Source of the DNA: Vermamoeba vermiformis
Lineage: Eukaryota
NCBI GenBank assembly: GCA_045837725.1
Contig: JBEWZL010000179.1
Span: 496,001 to 560,000, forward strand
Reading direction: 5' to 3'
DNA: 64,000 bases
The notes under the pieces were generated by a model. The model did not search any database and had not been told where the DNA came from. It saw only the letters and a program-made list of their open reading frames with translations. The position numbers and the translations under genes are program-made. Shown piece after piece: positions 50,631 to 62,333 of the stretch; positions within the stretch are counted from its first letter, which is position 1, and each line of letters begins with the position of its first letter.

Positions 50631-52271
50631 TTAGGCCAACATTTCAGCTTCCTCTCCTTGCTCGAGGATAGCCATAGCTGCTAGTCTCCAAACTCCCTTG
50701 TCGCTGCGAGCAATAGCAAGTCGAGCGCGAGTTTCAGCTGCGATCGGTTGAGAAAGTCGAAGCAATGCTTTACCTCCCTTTGCAGAGATAACTGTAGCAG
50801 GGACGACTGCACCTCCAGATTGAACGCGCACGCTCTCGTCAGTCTTCAAACTCTTGCCGCCACGAACGACGACAATTCGAGCTTGGATCGTGGACCAGAT
50901 GGGAGGAGCTGCTTCAGGTGCAGAAACGATCTGGCCGGTAAGACCATTGCGCTTAGCGATAGAAGGGTCGAGGGTGGTTCCTAAACCAATCAAGCCACCA
51001 GGAACGGCGCTTGTAAGAGGAGTTTTCTCGGAGCTGATGCTGGTGATCGTAGTTTTGAGGGGCTTCACCTTTATCTTCTTAGTGCCATCTTTTTGCTTCT
51101 CTTCGACTACTAAACCAGGACGAATCTCGACTTCTTGTCCAACCTAATTCCAACGGAAGTTAGCATCAAATCTGAATCTCAACTTTGATCGAGTATGAAA
51201 AAGATTTGGCCTCGTGGCTTAGACTTACCTTTAGTACTCCTTGAAGGAGAGTGCCTCCGACAATACCACCGACGAGCTTGTTAAAGTCCTCCATGCCAGG
51301 CAAGTTCACATCAAAGGAGCGGATGATAACCATCTGCGGGGGTTTGGTGAGATCTCGAGTAGGCTTTGGAATATTGGCCAAGTAGTCGCATAGTATGTCC
51401 ATGTTGATGCCTAATTGAGCAGAGATAGGGATCACAGGCGCTTTTTCGGCGCGTGATCCGCGCACGAATCGTTCAATTTCCTCGCGATGCTGATCGGCTC
51501 GTTTACGTTGAACGAGGTCGAGCTTATTTTGAACGACGATAAAGTGGTTGACTCCAAGCACTTCTGCTGCAGCCAGATGTTCACTAAACAAGAAGTTAGG
51601 AAACAGATTCGTTTTGATCCCGCGCATCTACTTACGCTGCTTGTGGTTGAGGGCAAGGGTCTGTAGCTGCCGTGGTTATGATTGCTGCGTCCATGACGGC
51701 TGCTCCCGTAAGCGCGGTAGAACTGAGTGCTTCGTGTCCAGGGCAGTCTACAAAAGAGGCGTGTTGAACTAGGGTCATCGGGGCGTTGCAGTTCAGTCGA
51801 TCGCATCTGAGCTTAGTCAGTATCTCTTCAGGATATTTACTAGTGCAAATAAGTACTTACGTGACACCATCTTTAATCTCAGACTTAGTAGCCTTGTAGC
51901 ATTGAGGTCGCGGGCAATCCGGATTAGAGCACTTCCAGATCTTGATATTGGCGTAGCCAAGGTAAATGGTCATATTCTTCTCTTTTTCCTTCTCGTACTT
52001 TCCAGTGCTGATGCCCGTGAGTGCCTTGATAATAGTACTCTTGCCGTGCATTACGTGTCCTGTCAAACCGGTCAAGTTAGAATTGCTTGATGCTGAACGG
52101 AATCCGAATAACGGTGCACTTACCAAGAGTACCGATGTTAATAGTAGGTTGTTCGTGTTGAATTCTATCCCAATCGATGTTTAATTGAGTTGCTGCATCC
52201 TTTTCAGGCGAGACAAGCTGATCTCGGTCGTGGATCGTGCCAACTGTGGTAGAAATATTTGTATTCGACAT
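50631..52271 (-). CDS. Divergent translation initiation factor eIF2-gamma-like GTPase
   Basis: [82 protein letters not shown]. Confidence 0.9.
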
Positions 52272-53113
52272 GTTGTAAGTTTTCTCGGCGATTATTGTTG
52301 ATATTGATATTCTTGTATTCGATAAATGAGACTTCCATGCTGGGTAAAAGGTTAAAGTTTCTTTTAGTTCGTTTTGTACGAATCTAAACGTTCATTGCTT
52401 TAAAAAGCGTTACTGTGGGTGATGTATGTACGTAATTAAAGCAAAAAAAGGAGTGAATGAAAGTTGCGCAAGAAAATTTGCTATTTAAACGTCCCTTGTT
52501 GAATTCTGGTATTTTTCGCAGATCTGGTGCCCGCGCAATTTACCGTTGCAAGATTTAAATGAGCAGCCTTGATTTACCAGTATGCCAGGAGTTCAATAAG
52601 TAGATATGTACTTGCAATTAGATTTGTGTGCTCGGTAAGCGTCTGGCCAACCTTACTGCTGCGCAAGAGATTGGATTGTAGATGAAGATGAAAAAAGATT
52701 TTAATTTAATTTGCAGGAATATAGAGCAATAGTGCCGAAAATAATAATGAGAATTTTCACAGTGAAAACCGAATTTTAAGCGACAATAGAGCGTAGAATC
52801 AAAATAGTTATTAAAATTGTTAAATCCGTGCGGTAGGCTTACTGAGTGCACCACGAAAGATTCAACGGGGAGAACACGTGCAAGTGCCATCCGTATGGAG
52901 CAAATGGTGATTGAGAAGCTAATTGGCTACATACGAGCGTTTGCCAAATCTTGGGTTGAACTTCGACCAATCTAGCATACGCTGATATGATAGCTTAGCG
53001 AAGCTTTAGACAGCCAGTTTAATATTACATTGCACAAGGTTTGTAGATTTAAGACAAGGTGCGTGTTCTTCACACGAACTTCGATTGCAAATGCACGCAG
53101 GCGTTCGGTGAAT

Positions 53114-56100
53114 TTAGTTGTGCTCGTACACAAGAGACGAAAGCTGTTGAATCACCGAAGCAATGGGAGGTCTTTTGGTAGGATCTTGAGCCCAACAGTC
53201 GCTAATCAGCCTTGCTAGCCTACTGTCAAGCTCTCTGGGCAACGGTAACCTGTTACCAGCGACGACGAAATTTTCGATCTGGGAATTCCACTCAAACTCC
53301 GGTGTGCTGAACGCTGATTCGTTGGTGATCACTTCCCACATGAGCACTGCAAAACTATACAGATCTGCACTCGTATCAAAGCGTGGTTTCTTGCCGAGCG
53401 ATTCTGGCGCCATGTACTTGATCGTGCCAGTGTTCTGCGTCATTGTCATTGTAGACTCCGAGACGAACTTAGATGTGCCAAAGTCGGTCAATTTGACGTG
53501 CACTGATGCTTTATGCTCCAACGAGAAGACGAGCACGTTGAGTGGTTTGATGTCACGGTGAATGATGTTGTTGGAATGCAAGAATTGAATGGCACGTGCT
53601 ATTTCCAAGAGGATTATGAGCTTGAGGTTGTACGGGACGAAGTGATGTTCTAGAGCTGATTCAAGACTGCCGAGAGGAGCAAATTCGGTGACAAGTGCAA
53701 GCTTTCCTGCAACATTCGAAGCACCGACAAACTGAATAATGTTGGGGTGGTGCAAGCTCTTCATGACGGAAATCTCCCGTTCGAATTCGGTCTTGATGTG
53801 GTCATTGAGGTGTTGATTGAGGAGCATTTTGACAGCGACATCTTGACCCTTGTAAGTGCCTCGTGTCACCGTGCCAAAGCTACGAAAAATTTAATCTTAT
53901 GCATCTATTGCTAGTTATAATGCAACGTACCCTCCTTGGCCAAGCAGCTGACCAGACATTTCAATATCGTCTACGTCAATCCACGGTGAAGGCTTGCTGA
54001 CAAGAGTGAAGTCAATCGATGAGTAGATCTTCTCTTTCTCGAGCACAATGACCAGTTTCATCTTCGATTTTGTTGTCATCTTCATCAGCACCGATACTGT
54101 AAGCGTCATCACGGAGCCGTCTTCTACGTTGAATGAAGTCGGATCCACTTTGACCTCAAACTTGGGAGATTTCGGAGCGTAGATTTCGACGTGACGGCCT
54201 TGGATCAGACTCTGATGCAAGAATGACGATATAGACCGCCTCTTCTCTTTCGCAGATATGACGACAGTTCCTTGGATCCAGTAGTTAATATCAACAGGAT
54301 CGTTCTTCTTGCTGAAGCCAAGATTTGACATGTCAAAATGAAGCGGCAGTTTCTCGAGCGGACTGAACGAGTAAGACTCGTCTGGAGACCATTCCCACGT
54401 AGTAGTGTGAATAATTTCAGTTCCTCTCTGCGCCATTGTCTCTTGCTTGGCTTCGTTAAGCAGTGACTTAAGTTCAATTTCTTGCTCTCGTGACTTGTTC
54501 AAGCGCAAGCGGAACAGAACGATTCCAACTACAGCTCCAATTAATATTGCAGATGATGCAATAATGATGACTATAAAGGCGGCTAAAGGCAGCGGGGACA
54601 ATTTGATCTGATGAGCATTGGAGATCAATCTCGAGCCTTGCACACACGTGGCAACAACATAGAACCGTGATTTTTCTATGTCTTTTGTTACTTGTACGTC
54701 AATCGTACTGTAGTTTTCAGTCGAGTTTTTCAGTGGCGTTGCGTCTTCGTACCAAGTGTGATCAGTGCAGCGTTCGTCAAGAATGTCAACTTTAAGTGTC
54801 ACCATAGAATCTTCTGCGATAAACACGTTGTTCACAGTCTCGGAAGGTCCACCAAACACAGAGTTAATATGCACAACGTGGATGTCACTGCAACTATCTG
54901 CTTGTCCTGAAGGGTTCGTGGCGTGTGCGCACAAACGATGAACTGAACCGCATTTGAGTGAATTCACAGGGATCGTTCGCTCGCTATCATCTTCGTGGCC
55001 TGCGGAGGCCAATGGATTTCCGTCCAGAGTCCATCGAACGACTTGAGCCCCAGCTGGGTGCACGGAATAAGGGATCGAAGCGTTGGAGCAGAGCACCATT
55101 CGATCTTCCAATGGCGAGTAGAAGACGGGCTTGCCGAGAAGTGTGACACGTGCCGACTGTGCTGTGATTCGTCGGCAATGATCTTGCACGATGGCCATGT
55201 AAGATCCCGATACAGACGAGTCACCCCGAAGAACGAGTGTAGAATTGTATTCGTCTGCGATCCTTCGCTGGTTCAAGAACCACCTGTACGACAAGCGATG
55301 GCCGAGTGCGTTGACTTCAAGGGTGATTTCTTGGTTTAGGAACAGTTGTTGATCTTCCAGGTGGTTCTCAATGACAGGGAGTTCAATGAAGGCAAGGCCT
55401 CGTGCGTAAAGTATGACTTTGTTGTGCCACACGATCAAAGGACTGACTCTTGTGCTGAAGTCCGGCGTTGTCATCTGCCACGATGATCCGGTAGTTGTAT
55501 CGAGAAAGTAGAACACGCTTTCTAGCCCCAAATCTCCGTAGCAAATCAAGTGCTTGTCCAGGGACGCAATCTTATTGCCAGACATGAACGGGGTCAGTAG
55601 CAGGTCGACTCGTTCAAGCTCGGGGTACAAAATGTAGAGATAGCTGTTGGCTCGGAGGTAAATGGTTTGGCCAATAACTGCCACGCCAAAGTCCAGGCTA
55701 AGGAGTTCTGGTTGAGGCAGAGACGCTCGCGACCAATGGCGGGTTTGAATGTTGTAAATGTCAATCGTAGATGAAAGCATTTCGTTAGGACGCAAACCAC
55801 CGATGAATGCAAGATAGGGGTTTGCAAAGACAGGAATGACATGTGCTCGTGGTTCAGACAGATTGAGAGAGGAAACAAACTCCATCGTGTGCAAGCTGAA
55901 TACGTCTACTGAAGCAGTAACAGTATTATTGATCAAACCACCAGCGATGAATAAGTACGGATCTGCTTCAATGATCATATGGCCATATCTTTCCGGGTGA
56001 GCCAATGGCACTGTCCTCCACTGTTGATTAACAATGTCGTAGAGTTCAATAACTGATGCATAGAATGAGATAAATATCAAGTGATCGTGTGTGTTGAACA

Positions 56101-57717
56101 CAGTGTACATTCCTTCGCGATCAGTGAGCTCGTGAGTGGTCCATTGACCTTGTGATATGTTATAAATGTCAACGGAGTGCATGGTATCGAGTCCTAGTCC
56201 GTCCCAAACAAACAGTGTGTCATCGACCAGAATGACATTTCTAGAAACTCTGTATCGTGGTGCCGCTGTTTCAGACCATGAATTCGTCTCGACATTGTAG
56301 ATGTCAAAGGTGGGTACTTGAGTTCTAGTGACAGGATCCAAGCCATCGGAGATCACCAAGAATCGTTCGGAGGAAACGATATCCACGAAGAATCGAGCGT
56401 TTTGCCAGGGCCAAGACCGCCAACTGCCACCATTGAGGTCGTACATTAAAACTTGTGAATGGGTTTCCCCAAGGGTTGGAATGACAATGTACTCTCCATG
56501 AAGAGCTGAATAGAGGTAGAAGCCCTCGATGACGTACGGCTCCGAATTGTCGAAGGCAGGCACGAGCGAGTAATGCGTGTCATTGATGTCGTAGACTAAC
56601 ACCGATGACGAAGAGGCACCGCTATTGACGATGTACAACTTGTCGTCAACGGCGGCTACCGAACTTCGTACAAAGTTATACTGATTGTAGGGCCACGAAA
56701 ATCTGTGGCCAGTGTTCAAGTTGTACGTGAAAATCATGTTACCAATGCTCGTGCTGGGACCGACTATCAAAAACAACATTCCTTCGTGCATTATTGCGTT
56801 GTGAATGGCAGGAAAAGTGGTTCGAATTAGCGTCTCCCAATGACCTGTCAAAATGTCGAGTTTGACGATGTTTCTGTCTGTAACGAGGATTGCAGATCCG
56901 TTGAAGATGAACGCATGCCTGACATAGGCATCTTGAATCTCCCTGTCTAGAGGGATCACGGTCCAACTGTCATTGTGAGCTGAATATACTTGTGTCTGTG
57001 CGTGATGGAAGAAGTACGCGGTGTCTCCGTAACTTGCAGCTGCGTTCCAGGAATAGCTCAGTTGTACGTCACGTGTCGTGTTCGCTTCAATGTCTACGAA
57101 CACCAAGTGCGATCGGTCGATGTTGCCAAATATGAGAGTGTTTCTAACGGCAAGTGCAACTTGTGTTGGAACTGCTGATGAATGCTCGATTGTTCTTCGT
57201 TTCAAAACTGGGTCCTTGAAGTCAATTATATCCACGGCATTTTCATCTCCCATAAATGCTGGCATAATTAATTGTTGGTCGATGACAGCAAAAGCTGGAA
57301 AACCCCAGGTGTCAAAACCTCGGAAGAATTCCCTTTCGCTCCAGTTGCCTGTCGCTGGACCATAGACGTGGAAAGCAAAGAAAGGCGTTCCAGCAAATAC
57401 TAATTTATCTCCAATTGGATATATTTGCCTTAACGACTCTGCCGCCGGAGAAATGAGCGGATTCGTGAAGCAGCCTACGACAAAATCATTTAGAAAATTG
57501 CCAAAATTATGATATTAATTACAATACCTGTTGATTGTTGCAAAAACCACCCGAGGCAAATTAGCACCAAGATGAGCCGTCTCAGATCTGACAAATTAAT
57601 TTTAGTTAGGATTGATAGAGCTATGGTTTGTAAATCAATGTTACCTTGGTGCTTGTAATTCATTTGTGGTATTGTTACTAATTTTTGGTTGGAAGTTGTC
57701 TTCGACATTTTTGACAT
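53114..57717 (-). CDS. Single-pass receptor protein kinase (TKL / Entamoeba TMK-like) with a kelch-like propeller and Ig-like ectodomain
   Basis: Hydrophobic N-terminal segment; kelch-like repeats (FIAGG..SVDVF, FIGG..TIDIYN..W); Ig-like LSYRWFLN..GSY; TM AAFIVIIIASSAILIGAVVGIVLF; kinase LGQGG|FG, VAVK, HRDIKPLN, DFG, GTIKYMAPE. The start is uncertain. Confidence 0.9.
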
Positions 57718-57958
57718 CCACAACTTGGTCCTTGTTATTCGACTATGATGCCAAATGTTATCAAATAAGTCCTATTAGCACGTTCTATAATATGACTTGG
57801 TTCAGTAAATAAGTGGATATTTCAAAAATTAAAGATGTAAAACCAAATGCAATCTTTTGTGGGTTTGGCGGAAATACTCAAAAAATTGAATGGCATTAAT
57901 TGTTTTGTCATTGTAATCTGTCAAACGTCATTTAATAATGCAATAGTTACCTATTTTG

Positions 57959-60900
57959 TTATAATAGACGAGGACTCTGGATCCAATCCTTATTCTCCGT
58001 GTCACTTTTGACATCAAAATTGACAATAGCAACGAGTTTGTTAGTGAGACCTAATATTAATCGATGGTCGTGTATCACCATTGATGTGCACAATTCATCA
58101 GTGATGATCGTGTTTTCTAACCGATTGTTGTTGATGCTGAACACGTCGATCACTTTGTCGGATGTCGCCACGAATATCAAAACACCGGCTACCGCTATGG
58201 CAGTAATCTTAATGTAACATTAATACGATAATAATATTAAGTATGGTCCTTACGTCACATCGCGAGGGGTTGTGAGGGTAAACAGAAAATACTCCTTTTT
58301 TGGCGCCATTGTGCAAGCTCCACGCGACGATTGTAGTGCCAGTAGTTGTGACAATAATTCCCGCTTTAGTGTCAATAGTGACGTGTCGTATTGGGCCTAT
58401 AGAACTGGCCCTCCAAACCGTCTTGCTAGTACGAATATCAATGAGCTCTGGTACGTCTGATGCTGCAAAGATGCACGTTTCGTTCACTGAATATAGCTTT
58501 GGAACCACCACTCGATCATCAGTATTATCTGCAAGCCAAGTAGCGATTGTATTTTGTTTCTTGGTAGAATCATCGTAACGATGTGTTAATTCCCAGAATC
58601 GTATTATTTGTTGAGAGCTAACGATCAAAATGTTCTTCACTAACAAAATCTTCGTGTCGCCTTGGTTGGGTATTGAACAAATTTTTTCACGTGACTTCCA
58701 ATTAAAAATTGCAATTTGGTGCGTCAGTTTGCACGCCACTAAGTCTCCATGTACGGATATCACTGCAAAATAAAGGAAATCAATAACCAGCTAATGAACG
58801 TTAAGTATTGTGTAACTCAGCTTACTTTGAAATCCCGATTCCGGATCTATCGTTGGTTTTTCTCCAGTTTCCAAATCGAATACGTGCAGGCCTGAATATC
58901 CTCCTTGTATGATTTTATTTTCGTCAACCGCCAAGTGGAACCGCTCACGTGCAATATCACTTGAATAGCTGAACTCCTGTTGAAAGTTTAGTATGAAATA
59001 TTTTCGCGTTTTTTATACCAAAGATTAATTACCTTTATCAGAATGTCATCTTTAAATACGGCAGTACTGTATGGGGCCATTGCAACAATTGTATTGGTCG
59101 TCGCATTGTAGCCGACTGTTGTTCTGTCAAGAAATTAGCAAGGAGAGGGCGGCACTAGTCTTTGTACCCACTTGTCAGCTGAAGGATCGTATTTGGGCCA
59201 CACGCAAGATGGGACCATCGGCAAGTTTTTCACGTAATATTTTCCTAATATCAATTTTTAATAAGAAGAGAGTTTGTGCCGAATATACGCACCTTTTCGC
59301 ATGTTCACTTGGGCGTTCCACCTCTTTGCCAATTCTTGTTTAAAATTTTGACAGGTGTCATCGTGTCCGAATTCAAGCGTAAACAGATATCGCCACAATG
59401 TTCTGTCATTGTTCCACTGCATGAATTGGCGACAAGTTGATGAGAGCGCTACAACAGTTGCGACATCGAGTAATTTCATGATGAGCAGCATAACGTCTTG
59501 GGACAAGACCGTGATAGAATCAAAAGATAAATTGCCGTTGAAGCTATTGTTGCTGTCAAATTGGGCAAATGATTCAAGGTAAAATCCTCGCGTTAATTTT
59601 TCTGTCGGCGGCGGCCATTAGTTGACGTTTTTGACACTTTGACACAACGTACCTATCTCGTCCTTATACAGTTTTTCAAATTTCAGTACATCTATTCCGT
59701 TCTTGATAGCAGCGGATAAGTCGCCTTTCAAAAGCGCACGAAATCCCTGAGCAATATCAGAATCTGTTTTACGACAATATTGTACTGACTTACAACTTGT
59801 CGCTGACGTTGTACGAAATCTAGAGGTGACTCAGAAGAGGGAATTTCGTTAATACAATAGGCTACTGGGGTCTTCCCTTTGTTATTTGGCATTCGTATCA
59901 GTGTTTGGATCTGTTCCTTCGATGCTGAAAATATAACATTAGGATTAGTCGCAAACGATGATAATATATTACCGTGTTGTACTAATGCATGAAAGTGTTG
60001 TTGCTGTTGAGTAGCTTGTCGAGCAATAAAATGCAAGACATTTTCACCGTGGATGTCTACGTGCATTACTGAGGCACCTCCTTTCAACTACAATTGAAAT
60101 ATATTGATTATAAGACTATTATAGCACTTATATTAGTATTACCAAAGCTAGCGCAGGTTCGTAATCGTAGATCTGAAAGGCGTAAAATAACGGTGACCTG
60201 TTCTCATTATCTAACGCGTCGATCTCTGCTCCGTGCTTGAGTAGCAATGATATAAGCTTGCTTGAGTCTCTATTGGCCGTGTTATTTTGAAGAGCGAGCT
60301 GAAGCGGCGTTTTGCCGTGATCATCTTTTTCATTTACGGGAAGCACATCTAACGACATTATTTCAGTTAAAATTGATTTGTGACCTTAAACAATCGGTCT
60401 TACTTAGCGAGAGTACGTATTTTAATGCATCTGGTTTCTTATTTTCAACTAGCTGATGAAGCAAATTTTGGCCTTTCACGCGAAGTGTCAGATCCGCACC
60501 ACAAAGTAAGTGCATGGCCTAACACGCATGATATTAGCATCAATAAGTAAGTTAACATGACCTACTTTAAACACTTGAAGAGTCGGTGCTTTAGCGATCG
60601 GAATTTCGCTTTGACCGGTTTGCTCATCGACGAACGGTAAATTGATATCTACTCCTTCCTCATGCAAAATAGAAATTATTTTGATCATATTTTCGTAAGG
60701 TAAATTATCCTGCAATGTCGAGTGAGTACTAGAAAATTAAAAACTGTTCATTTACCGGATGCGATGAATCTTTCAACACTGCTGCCAGGGCGGTTAATCC
60801 ACCTTTGTAAATCTTCTTTGCATTTCCGCCACGTTCCAATAGAGTAGCGAGGACATCGGGAAACTCTGCCTGACAAGCATACCATACATCATCTTTTTCT

Positions 60901-62135
60901 CCGGGTCCGACATCGTTAGCTATTGCGCCTCGTTCTTTACACGATGAGAAATTAAATTCGAAGTTTGATAAGAAAATTTGCTTTGAAATTGACAAGCGTT
61001 GAATTATCTAACAGAGATTAAAGAGACTGCGATCTTTGATGTAAATTTTACCTAGGAGTAGCGTCGCTATTTTAAGAGTGGGCGTTTGAAGTGCAATAGT
61101 TAATGCAGTTAAATTTTCGGTATCACGTGCATTCACGTCAACACCGGCCAGAAGCAATTTCCAAATATAGTCATATTCTGCCTCGCTAAGATTGTACAAA
61201 TAATCGACAACATAAGCTGCGCAAAAATATTAGTATTGCCTAATAAGGCAAGTTATGACTGAAATACCTGAAACTATTGAAGCAAGAGGCGGATTTTTGT
61301 AGTAAGTTGGGTGCGGTGGTTTCAATAGCAATGGCTGAATATCTTGAGCCAGAAGATATTCAAAGATCTCAGAGCTATTGTTATTCATTGCTAGCAGGAG
61401 TGGCGTGGCCCAGTAGTCACGTTCATTGGCACATTCTTGGTTCACATCTGCACCTTTCCGAAGCAACAACTCGATCATTTCTATTGTTCAAATATTAATA
61501 CACCAATATGATGAATTAAATAGGGTTTCTTACCAACTGAATTTCGTTCTTGAACGGCGACGTGGAGTGGATTTCCAAGATTACAAACGTGGGTAACGTC
61601 TGCTCCACGATCAATGAGGAGCTTAACTTTTGATATATCTTTGCTCATTATAGCCGCTATTAAGGGTGTTTGATTGTCTTTTTCGCGACATGCATTGACG
61701 TCACACCCGGCATCCAGAAACAGCTTAATCACCTCTAAGCAATTTAAACCGCAGGTTAATATCAATGAAAATTATTGTTTAGCGAATTTACCAGGTTCCA
61801 ATTGTTTTGCTCCAGAAGCAATAAATAAAGCGGTAGGATCGCGGGTTTCGTTATCTTTATTTTTCTCGCTCCAATCCAGCAATAATTTCTTAACTACAGT
61901 ATATGTGATTAATATAGTCAACATGATGATAATATTTAAAATTGTTCTTACAATTTTCCAGATCGAATTTCTCTTCGTTGCGTTCCACGCCGAGCAGGTA
62001 CTTGCATAACGGATCATTGTTACTATATGCAGTATTTTCATTGTTTCCTGACGTCAATTAGGTTTTAGTCATACTATAAAATTTAGAATTACCCGTTGAT
62101 ACGGGAGTCATCATCGAAAATACGTCTAATTCCAT
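57959..62135 (-). CDS. Ankyrin-repeat / F-box / WD40-like protein (single multi-exon gene)
   Basis: About 10 ankyrin repeats (TPLIAA, NPLHVA, TPLLLA, GKTPLQLA, GENVLH) are joined in frame through GT-AG introns (..QRQV|GFRALLKG..KDEIE|KLTRGF..) to F-box LSQDVMLLIMKLLD..LSSTCRQF..DRTLWRYLF and then propeller-like repeats. Confidence 0.78.
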
Positions 62136-62333
62136 TATTTCCGTGCAACCAGAATATTAATGGTATTACGCTCTTTGATCTTCAGTTCAGAATCAGTTTG
62201 TTTTTGAACACAAAAATTTGAGTTTTGGGGTTTTTTTTTTTTCCCCCCCCACTTCCTTCTGGCAAATCAAATTACTTGGTTCAATACCGTAGATAAACAA
62301 GCTTATTCAAGGTTATGTTTATTTATGGATTGT

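Noticed and set aside
52559-52975. Possible small spliced gene or selenoprotein between eIF2-gamma and the kinase
   Set aside because: Splice-like signals exist, but no consistent frame, known motif or SECIS could be supported.
62225-62250. G4-T12-C8 homopolymer run as a terminator
   Set aside because: Eukaryotic context; simple low-complexity sequence upstream of the ankyrin gene.
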